A DNA stretch of 63,136 bases, filler included, from Anaerolineae bacterium (GTDB lineage: Bacteria; Chloroflexota; Anaerolineae; B4-G1; DUEL01): the NCBI GenBank assembly GCA_041082215.1. It is 8 parts of 8 records of this genome, joined end to end, with 100 filler letters (N's around TTAATTAATTAA, not from the genome) between each part and the next. Parts side by side here need not be neighbours in the genome. Positions count along the whole stretch, not along the records: positions 1 to 6,719 come from JBDOIF010000001.1; positions 6,820 to 29,231 come from JBDOIF010000061.1; 6 more parts are not named here. One strand, given 5' to 3'. Shown in pieces: positions 1-7,060 of this stretch; positions within the stretch are counted from its first letter, which is position 1; each line of letters begins with the position of its first letter. Position numbers and translations under genes: made by a program. The notes under the pieces are model-generated. The model was not told the origin of the DNA. It saw nothing but the letters and a program-made list of their open reading frames with translations, and searched no databases.

Positions 1-262
1 CTGCTGGTCGCCCCTACACTGGGCTACCTGCTGGTCGCCCCTACAATGGGCGACCTGCTGGCCGCCCCTACAATGGGCGACCTGCCGGCTGCCCCTACAA
101 TGGGCGACCTGCCGGTCGCCCGTACAATGGGCGACCTGCTGGTCGCCCGTACAATGGGCGACCTGCTGGTCGCCCCTACAATGGGCGACCTGCCGGCTGC
201 CCCTACAATGGGCGACCTGCTGGTCGCCCCAACAATGGGCAACCTGCCGGGTCGCCCCTACA
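1..262. repeat. Tandem array of 27-bp GTAG-type REP-like palindromic units (9 full + 1 partial)
   Basis: Unit ATGGGCGACCTGCTGGTCGCCCCTACA repeats head-to-tail; each contains the hairpin GGGCGACC-N4-GGTCGCCC and reads GTAG-GGGCGACC on the minus strand; no spacers between units. Confidence 0.9.
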
Positions 263-282
263 ATGCAAAACGGAGGTGAACG

Positions 283-1206
283 ATGAGTCGAGTTCGCTGG
301 CCCCTTCTCATCCTGGGGTTGGTTGGGGCGGTGGTGGTGATGGTTGTGGTGGTGGCGGTCATCCGCGTCGGGCGGGGGACGCCGGTGGAGCTGCCGGTGG
401 CCATCCAGGACATCCCGCCCGGCACGCCGCTGGACCCCCAGCGGTTCCGGCTGACCCAGGTGCGCGACCCCGACCGGGCCTTCCTGGAAGCGGTGATTAC
501 CGCCGAAGAGTTCCCCCAGTACCTGGGCCTGCCGCTGGTGGAGACGGTCCACGCCGGTTCGCCGGTCTTCAAGGCCCAGGTGCAGACGGAAGCGCCCAAC
601 GGGTGGCAGAGCCGGGTGACGCTGCTGCTTTCCGACCCCTCCCACCTGGTCTTCCCCATCCCGGTCACGCCCGACCAGGCGGGGAACTTCATCGTGGCGG
701 GGGACTACGTGGATGTGGTCTTCACCCTGGGGCGGGTGGCGCAGCAGGAGATGGAATGGGCCTATCAAGTGCCGGGAGCGCAGGGCATTGCGCCCCAGGG
801 GGTGATCACCCCCACCGCGCAGCCCATACCGGAGGCGTACCGGCCCGGCGAGGTGGTCACCGAGACGCTCCACCTGCCGCTGGCGAAGGTCATCCTGCCC
901 GACGTGCGGGTGCTGCGGGTGGAGCGGGAGGTGGTCCGCACCGCCAGTATGACCTACGGGACGGCGGGTGAAGAGACCAGCCGCCAGCGGGAGATCGAGG
1001 GGGATGTGGTCCGGCTCTACCTGGAGGTGGACCGGGAGCAGGCGGAGGTGCTGAGCTTCGCCCTCCACAACGGCATCCTCAACCTGCCCGCCCACGCCCA
1101 GCCCATCGGCACAACGACGGAGGGCTTCACCTGGGATGACTTTGTGGAGCGGTTCTTCCAGGACCGGCCCGCACCGTGGGAGGAGAACGTGGAGGAGGGG
1201 AGATGA
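283..1206 (+). CDS. cpaB: Flp pilus assembly protein CpaB/RcpC-like (SAF domain)
   Basis: N-terminal TM; SAF-like VAIQDIPPGTPL; 'AGDYVDVV' and 'ILPDVRVLRV' RcpC-type motifs; GGAGGTG RBS; first gene of tad operon. Confidence 0.75.
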   Translation: MSRVRWPLLILGLVGAVVVMVVVVAVIRVGRGTPVELPVAIQDIPPGTPLDPQRFRLTQVRDPDRAFLEAVITAEEFPQYLGLPLVETVHAGSPVFKAQVQTEAPNGWQSRVTLLLSDPSHLVFPIPVTPDQAGNFIVAGDYVDVVFTLGRVAQQEMEWAYQVPGAQGIAPQGVITPTAQPIPEAYRPGEVVTETLHLPLAKVILPDVRVLRVEREVVRTASMTYGTAGEETSRQREIEGDVVRLYLEVDREQAEVLSFALHNGILNLPAHAQPIGTTTEGFTWDDFVERFFQDRPAPWEENVEEGR

Positions 1207-2555
1207 CCGGGAACGGCGAGGAGAAACTGAACCTGGTCGTCGGCTTCTACAACTACGCCGACCTCCAGCGGCTGGAGCGGTTCCTGGAGGGGACGAGGGT
1301 CGTCATCCTCTCCGCCTCCCAGGACGCCCAGCGGGTCTTCGACGACGCGGTGAACCTGGAGGCGGATGTGGTCCTGCTCTGCCCCCAGGTGACCGGCTAC
1401 CGCCACCAGATGATCCTGGACCTCCTGCTGCACGTGGACCGGCCCATCCCGGTGGTGGGGTGGGTGGATGCCACGTCTGACGACGGGCGCTCGATGGTCG
1501 CCCACGGCGCAAAGGGGTTCGTCACCCTGCCTATGGACGCCCATCAGGGGAACAGGGTGGTCGGGCTGCTCCGGCAGGCGGTGGAGGAGGCGCGGAGGGA
1601 GCGGCAGGCGGGGGAGGTCAAAGCCCGCCCCGTCCCCTCCAGCCGCCTCCAGGCGTGGCAGGAGCGGGTCATCACCGTCTGGGTCCCCAAAGGGGGCGGC
1701 TCGACGCGGACGACGCTGGCGGTCAACCTGGCGGTGGCGCTGTCCCACGCCTCGCTGGGCAACCAGCCGACGGCGCTTTTGGACTTCGATATGTCGAAGG
1801 GGGACGCCCACACGATGCTGGGCTTCACCGTCAACGTCCGGCATGCCGAGCGGTACGGCTGGCCGCTTTTGGAGCGGGGGCTGTTCGACCTGGTGGTGGG
1901 GCTGGCCTCCCGCTGGGCGCAGGGGGGAGAGAACCTCATCACCCCGGTCCTTTTGCGTAACTACACCGTCCGCTGGGGTGAGGATTCCCAACTGGACCTC
2001 CTGCCGGGGCTGTACTTCCCCCACCAGGCGGGGGCGGAGGAGTTCCGCAACCTGGCGATGGTCTATCAGATGGGGCGGCGGATTATCGAGGTGATGCGGC
2101 AGATGTACGCCTTCGTCGTGGTGGACATCGGCCAGGACTTCACCCGACCGCTGCACCGGGCGGCGATTGAGGCGGCCAACGAGGTGCTGGTGACCGTCCC
2201 GCCGGTGTGGACGGCGGTGGTGGACACGGCGAACGCGATGGAGCCGCTCAAGCACCACTTTGGGAGCCTGGAGAAGTTCAAGCTGGTCATCACCCGCTAC
2301 AGCCCCGACTTCGGCCTTTCGGAGAAGGACATCATCCGGGAGGTGGGGCTGCCGAAGCTGGCGACCATCCCCCACGATGCGGTGGTAGCGGAGAACGCGG
2401 TGAACACCCACACCCCCTACGTCTTGAGCGACAACGGGCCGCTGGGGGAGGCGGTGCGGGAGCTGGCCGCCGCCTACCTGCCCTATCTGGCCCAGAAGCG
2501 GCAGCGTGCAGGGCTGTTCTCCGGCCTGAAGCGGGTGCTGGTGCGGGAGGCGTGA
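1203..2555 (+). CDS. CpaE/TadZ-like receiver-MinD/ParA ATPase
   Basis: Receiver-like N-terminus; deviant P-loop PKGGGSTRTT; LLDFD and VVVDIG motifs; ATGA overlap with cpaB places start at 1203. Confidence 0.8.
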   Translation: MTGNGEEKLNLVVGFYNYADLQRLERFLEGTRVVILSASQDAQRVFDDAVNLEADVVLLCPQVTGYRHQMILDLLLHVDRPIPVVGWVDATSDDGRSMVAHGAKGFVTLPMDAHQGNRVVGLLRQAVEEARRERQAGEVKARPVPSSRLQAWQERVITVWVPKGGGSTRTTLAVNLAVALSHASLGNQPTALLDFDMSKGDAHTMLGFTVNVRHAERYGWPLLERGLFDLVVGLASRWAQGGENLITPVLLRNYTVRWGEDSQLDLLPGLYFPHQAGAEEFRNLAMVYQMGRRIIEVMRQMYAFVVVDIGQDFTRPLHRAAIEAANEVLVTVPPVWTAVVDTANAMEPLKHHFGSLEKFKLVITRYSPDFGLSEKDIIREVGLPKLATIPHDAVVAENAVNTHTPYVLSDNGPLGEAVRELAAAYLPYLAQKRQRAGLFSGLKRVLVREA

Positions 2556-4039
2556 TGGGCAACGACGGGTACGGGTACGGGCGACCTGCTGGTCGCCCCA
2601 ACGGGCGACCTGCCGGTCGCCCCAACGGGCGACCTGCCGGTCGCCCATACAGCGGCTTCTGGGATTGGGGGGACGGCAGGGAGGAGGAGCTGCCCGTCCC
2701 GTCCTTCCACGACGTGATGGAGGCGGCGCGGGCGGTGGAGGTGGGCGACCCCTACGCCTACATCCTGGACACGGTGCGGGAGCGCATCCGGGCCGGAGGG
2801 TTGTTGACGGCGGCGCAACTGGATCACCCCGGCGAGGAGGAGGAGGAGCTGGTGCGGCGGCTGGCGCTGGAGGCGGCCCGCGACTACGCGGCGTCGGCGG
2901 CCAGCCGGGGCCTCCCACGGCTGGCGGAGGAGCCGGAGGCGGTCGCCCGGCGGGTGGTGGACGACATCCTGGGCTGGGGGCCGCTGGCGGAGCTGATGAC
3001 CGACGAGGCGGTGGAGGAAATCTTCATCAACGGCCCCGACGAAATCTGGGTGGTGCGGGCCGGAAGGCCGAAGGAGCGGACGCGGCTGCGCTTCGCCGAC
3101 GCGGGGGAGCTGCGCCGGTTCTTCAACCGGAAGCTGGACCGGGCTGGCGGCCACCGGGGGCTTTCCGCCAAAACCCCCTGGGCCGACGGACGGCTGGAGG
3201 ACGGGAGCCGCTTCCACGGCATCATGCCGCCGCTGGTGGCCAACCGGGATAACCTGGTGGTCACCATCCGCCGCTTCCGACCGGTGGCGAAGCGGCTGGA
3301 GGAGATGGTCCGGCTGGGGACGATGCCGGAGGAGGTGGGCCGATTTATCGAGGCGGCGGTGAGGGCGCGGCTGAACATCGTCGTCTCCGGCGGCACGGCC
3401 TCCGGCAAGACCACCTTCCTCAACGCCTGCGGCTCGGCGCTGGAGGCCGACGAGCGGGTGGTGAGCATCGAGGACACGCCGGAGCTTCAGGTCCCGGTGG
3501 AGAACTGGGTGCAGCTTGTGACGAGGGAGGCGAGCGAGGGGGTAGAAGCGGTAACGATGGCGGACCTGGTGCGGCACGCGCTGCGGATGAAGCCGGACCG
3601 CATCTGGCTGGGGGAGGCGCGGGGGCCGGAGATGGCGGCCATCCTGACGGCGGCCAACACCGGCCACGAGGGGGTGATGTTCACTGTCCACGCCGACGAT
3701 GTGTGGGCGACGCTGACCCGCATTGAGACGCTGGTGCAGGAGGGAAAACCGGGGCTACCCCTGCGGGCGATCCGGCTGAACATCGCCACGGCCCTCCACC
3801 TGGTGGTCCATCTTGCCCGCATCCGCCTGCCCGACGGCTCCGAGACGCGGCGGGTGATGGGGGTCGGGGAGGTGCGGGACCGGCTGGAGGGGGAGGAGAT
3901 CGTGGTCGAGCCGCTGTGGGACCGGAAGGGCGGGGCGCTGGCCTGGACGGGGAACTTCCCCTCCGAGCCGCTGCGCCGGAGGCTTCTGGAACGGGCAGGG
4001 TATGACTTCCGCAAAGAGGTGGCGCAGAGAGGCGAATGA
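2555..4039 (+). CDS. tadA: Tad/Flp pilus assembly ATPase CpaF/TadA
   Basis: Walker A GGTASGKTT; SIEDTPEL; ALRMKPDRIWLGEARG; NTGHEG..TVHA; TGATG coupling with upstream gene. Confidence 0.93.
   Translation: MGNDGYGYGRPAGRPNGRPAGRPNGRPAGRPYSGFWDWGDGREEELPVPSFHDVMEAARAVEVGDPYAYILDTVRERIRAGGLLTAAQLDHPGEEEEELVRRLALEAARDYAASAASRGLPRLAEEPEAVARRVVDDILGWGPLAELMTDEAVEEIFINGPDEIWVVRAGRPKERTRLRFADAGELRRFFNRKLDRAGGHRGLSAKTPWADGRLEDGSRFHGIMPPLVANRDNLVVTIRRFRPVAKRLEEMVRLGTMPEEVGRFIEAAVRARLNIVVSGGTASGKTTFLNACGSALEADERVVSIEDTPELQVPVENWVQLVTREASEGVEAVTMADLVRHALRMKPDRIWLGEARGPEMAAILTAANTGHEGVMFTVHADDVWATLTRIETLVQEGKPGLPLRAIRLNIATALHLVVHLARIRLPDGSETRRVMGVGEVRDRLEGEEIVVEPLWDRKGGALAWTGNFPSEPLRRRLLERAGYDFRKEVAQRGE
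2579..2650. repeat. Three 24-bp REP-like units inserted in frame in the tadA 5' end
   Basis: GGGCGACCTGCYGGTCGCCCCAAC x3, same core as the 1-262 array; encodes GRPAGRPN repeats. Confidence 0.85.
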
Positions 4040-4047
4040 GGTCCTTT

Positions 4048-4117
4048 CTGCTGGCTGCTGGTTACTGGTTGCTTGTAACTGGCAACGAGCGACCAGCAAC
4101 GAGCCACGAGCAACCAG
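4048..4117. repeat. Intergenic inverted heptamer array (CTGGTTG-like / CAACCAG-like)
   Basis: Degenerate 7-mers followed by their reverse complements; same family recurs at 33814-33908. Confidence 0.7.
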
Positions 4118-4160
4118 GAGAAGAACGCTGTGGGTGTACTGATCCAACCAGGGAGGTGCG

Positions 4161-5087
4161 ATGAGCGGTGAGTGGATGGTTGCGTTGAGCATCGGCCTGC
4201 TGGCCGGTGGGGTGGTGATGGTGGTCTTCCTGGGGCTGGCCCTGCGCCCGCGACGGGTGGTACGGGCACAGACGGAGGCGCTCCTGCCAGGCATCCAGGT
4301 CCGGCTGGACCGGGCCAAACTGGGGGTGAAGGCGTCGGCCTACCTCACCCGCTCCCTGGCCTACGGAGCCGGATTCGGTGCGCTGATGTGGCTGGCGACG
4401 GGGGCCTGGCTCACCTTCCCCGCCGGGCTGGTGGGGGGCTTCGCCTTCGTCTGGGCGCGGCTGGAGGACGAGCGGAACGAACGGCTGAACCGCTACCACA
4501 AGGCGCTGGCTTCGGCGGCGGATACTATCGTCAACTCCTGGCGGGTGCGGCCCTCGATGAACCGGGCGCTGGAGGCGGTGGCGACCTACGGCCAGGGGGA
4601 GGTGGCGGAGGACTTCGCCGAAGTGCGGCGGGCGGTGCGGGGCGGGGAGCCGCTGGTGACGGCCTTGCAGGCGGTGGCCGACCGGCGGGAGTCGCCGGTC
4701 TTCGACGCCCTGGCAACGGGGCTGATTGTGGCGGAAGAGGCGGGGGGAGAGGTCTCCGAGATGCTGGCCCGCCACGCCGCCGCGACGCGGGAGATGGCCC
4801 GCATCTACGAGGAGACGATAGACCAGCAGCGGGGGCAGCGGTCCGACGTGATGTGGGGCATCGTCGGGCCGTGGGCGATTATGGCGCTGCTGCGGCTGGC
4901 GACGATGCTCACCGGCGGGCTGGGGTACGGGACGGAGTTCTTCACCACCCTCACCGGCCAGGTTGCGGCAGGGGCGGCGGCGGCGCTGACGGTGCTGGCC
5001 TACATCCACGCCCACCGCACCGCCGGACGGGGCCTCATCGTCGAGCGGGTAGCGATGGAGCGGGGGCGGGGGGAGGATCACGAATGA
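4161..5087 (+). CDS. tadB: Tad pilus inner-membrane platform protein TadB-like (T2SSF domain)
   Basis: TM-rich; T2SSF-like 'ALQAVADRRESPVFDALATGLIVAEEAGG'; follows tadA; GGAGGTG RBS. Confidence 0.75.
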   Translation: MSGEWMVALSIGLLAGGVVMVVFLGLALRPRRVVRAQTEALLPGIQVRLDRAKLGVKASAYLTRSLAYGAGFGALMWLATGAWLTFPAGLVGGFAFVWARLEDERNERLNRYHKALASAADTIVNSWRVRPSMNRALEAVATYGQGEVAEDFAEVRRAVRGGEPLVTALQAVADRRESPVFDALATGLIVAEEAGGEVSEMLARHAAATREMARIYEETIDQQRGQRSDVMWGIVGPWAIMALLRLATMLTGGLGYGTEFFTTLTGQVAAGAAAALTVLAYIHAHRTAGRGLIVERVAMERGRGEDHE

Positions 5088-5142
5088 AGCGAATAGGGAC
5101 GAATGTTACGAATCATTCGTTCATTCGTGGAATTCGCGATTC
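5079..5142. repeat. Inverted ~9-mer array (ACGAAT.. / ..ATTCGT) overlapping the tadB stop
   Basis: Four CGAAT-containing units followed by four ATTCG/ATTC units. Confidence 0.6.
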
Positions 5143-5172
5143 TGCTGGTGGACAAGGATAGGGAGCATACAG

Positions 5173-6138
5173 ATGGAATACGTTCTGGCATTGCTGGCAG
5201 GTTCGAGTATGCTGGCCATTTTCGCAGCGGTAGCCTTGCCCGGACGCAAAGTAGCACATATCTCGCAGCGGGTTGTCCAGGAGCAGATGCAGCTTCGGGA
5301 GGCGCGGGGGCTGGGCTTCCTGATGCCCACCCTGGCGGGCATCGCCGATGTGCTCCAGGGTCGGGAGGGGGCGGAGGGGGTCAAGTATGGGCGAGCGGCC
5401 GGTCGTCCCTATCTGGCCCTGCTGAGGCAGGCGGATTGGTTCTGGGGGCCGGGGGAGGCCGCCCCACCCAACCCGGATGCTCCCTTCTGGAACCTGGAGA
5501 CGATGTGGGCGGCAAAGGTCTTCCGGGGCATCCTCTTCGCCCTGGGCGGCCTGGTGCTGGTGGGGGCGGCTCTGGCCGTGTTTCACGGCCCGCTCTGGAT
5601 GGCCCTCTTGGGGCTGCTGCTGGGGCTGGTCGGCTTCTTCGACCCCGACCAGGAGGTGGCGCAGGCAGCGGAGAAGCGCCGGCGGCAGATCATCCTGGAG
5701 ATGGGGTACAAAGTGCCGGAGCTGCGGGTCTATGTGCGGTCGGGGCGGACCTTCATCTCCGCCCTGCGCTACCTGACCTCCCGGCCCGGCGGTCCGTTCG
5801 TCAAGGAGCTGTACCGGGCGTTGCAGGTGTACGACATCACTGCCGACCTGGGGCGGGGGCTGAAGGCGGTGATGGAGCACAACCAGCTCTGTGAGCCGCT
5901 GGTCAACTTCTGCGCCGACCTGCTGGCGGTGCTGGCGGAAGGAGGAGAGCTGGGGCCGGTGCTGGAGGCCCACGCGGAGACGGCCCAGCACGAGCAGCGG
6001 CGGCTCCTGCGCCAGCAGGGACAGGACAACACCCAGGCGATGGGGTACGTCGTCTCGGCGACCACCCTCATCGTCATCTTCCTGCTCGTCGGCGGCCCGG
6101 CCCTGTGGACGGTGGTCACCAACCTGGCCGGGTTTTAA
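5173..6138 (+). CDS. tadC: Tad pilus platform protein TadC-like (T2SSF domain)
   Basis: TMs plus second T2SSF-like domain (VRSGRTFISAL...GGELGPVLEAHA); follows tadB. Confidence 0.75.
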   Translation: MEYVLALLAGSSMLAIFAAVALPGRKVAHISQRVVQEQMQLREARGLGFLMPTLAGIADVLQGREGAEGVKYGRAAGRPYLALLRQADWFWGPGEAAPPNPDAPFWNLETMWAAKVFRGILFALGGLVLVGAALAVFHGPLWMALLGLLLGLVGFFDPDQEVAQAAEKRRRQIILEMGYKVPELRVYVRSGRTFISALRYLTSRPGGPFVKELYRALQVYDITADLGRGLKAVMEHNQLCEPLVNFCADLLAVLAEGGELGPVLEAHAETAQHEQRRLLRQQGQDNTQAMGYVVSATTLIVIFLLVGGPALWTVVTNLAGF

Positions 6139-6140
6139 TG

Positions 6141-6199
6141 CGTGACGCCTGACGAATGATGAGTGACGGATAACGTCATACGTCATACGTCATACGTCA
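6141..6199. repeat. Inverted heptamer array (TGACG.. / CGTCATA)
   Basis: TGACG units then (CGTCATA)x3-4 between tadC and the pilin; can form a hairpin. Confidence 0.65.
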
Positions 6200-6220
6200 A
6201 ATCTAAAGAGGAGGTGTGAG

Positions 6221-6472
6221 GTGAACGAGAAGCTGCTGTATCTGTACTGCCGGGCGAAGGTGGAGGCGGAGGCCCTGCGGCGGCGGCTGGAGGTCCGCCA
6301 GGCGCTGACCGGGGAGGCGGGGCTGAGCAACCTGGCCACCACCGTTATCCTGGTGGCGGTGGGGGTCGGCCTGGTCGTGGCCGTCGTCGCCATCCTGGGG
6401 CCGCGCATCCTCAACCTGGCCCAGCGGACCGGGGAGCAGATTGACTCCGTGCCGCTGGATTGGGGACAGTAG
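6221..6472 (+). CDS. Putative Flp-type pilin
   Basis: 83 aa; charged leader ending GEAG, then a ~25-aa hydrophobic helix and short tail; strong GAGGAGGTG RBS; in tad operon. Confidence 0.7.
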   Translation: MNEKLLYLYCRAKVEAEALRRRLEVRQALTGEAGLSNLATTVILVAVGVGLVVAVVAILGPRILNLAQRTGEQIDSVPLDWGQ

Positions 6473-6574
6473 GGGCGACCAGCAGGTCGCCCATACAGGG
6501 AGCGACCAGCAGGTCGCCCATACAGGGAGCGACCAGCAGGTCGCCCGTTGGGGCGACCAGCAGGTCGCCCGTAC
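6469..6574. repeat. Four GTAG-type REP-like units after the pilin gene
   Basis: GTAGGGGCGACCAGCAGGTCGCCC and 3 variants, opposite orientation to 1-262; first GTAG contains the pilin TAG stop. Confidence 0.85.
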
Positions 6575-6651
6575 AGGGGGCGATGGGGGCGCGGGGCCAG
6601 GCATCGCTACGCCCAAATAGTGCCCCCACCCCCTCCCGTCAGAGGTGAGGA

Positions 6652-6719
6652 ATGGGAAGGGTAGACTGGATTCTCGGTCAACCGCTCTTCTGGGTCGTGG
6701 TCATCGCCACTCTGCTGGT
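6652..6719 (+). CDS. Start of a membrane protein truncated at contig end (possible TadE/pilin-like)
   Basis: GAGGTG RBS then MGRVDWILGQPLFWVVVIATLL running into Ns. Confidence 0.4.
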
Positions 6720-6819
6720 NNNNNNNNNNNNNNNNNNNNNNNNNNNNNNNNNNNNNNNNNNNNTTAATTAATTAANNNNNNNNNNNNNNNNNNNNNNNNN
6801 NNNNNNNNNNNNNNNNNNN
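6720..6819. other. Artificial contig spacer
   Basis: N-run with TTAATTAATTAA (stops in all frames). Confidence 0.99.
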
Positions 6820-6825
6820 TCGGTC

Positions 6826-7060
6826 AGGAGAGGGGAGGGGGTAGCGGCGAAGCCGCTGGGGGAGGGGTGAGGAAATCTTGTAAATACCCCTGTCCCAACT
6901 CACGTCCGAACATCAGGGAAAATCCGGGCTTCGGACAGGAGTTCGGACAGGGTGGGAGGGCGACCCTCACCCCTCCTCCTAGGGGGTGGGGTGAGGGAGA
7001 TGGGGTGAGGTCAGAAGCGACCGATGGGCGTTTGTGCCCGAATCACGTCCGAACTTCAGG
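6826..7060. repeat. Composite repeat region (CCCTCACCCC/GGGGTGAGG elements plus a 23-bp imperfect inverted repeat)
   Basis: GGGGTGAGG motifs near 6864, 6989 and 7002; arms CCCTGTCCCAACTCACGTCCGAA / TTCGGACAGGAGTTCGGACAGGG; partial copy TCACGTCCGAAC near 7043. Confidence 0.6.

Noticed and set aside
1..262. CRISPR array
   Set aside because: Units are directly abutting with no unique spacers and no cas genes are present; fits a REP-type tandem repeat
24..279. Repeat-protein ORFs (MGDLLVAPT)n / (SPIVGATSR)n
   Set aside because: Translations of the 27-bp DNA repeat; no independent coding evidence
6720..6819. TTAATTAATTAA motif flanked by Ns (seven occurrences)
   Set aside because: Artificial contig-joining linker, not biological
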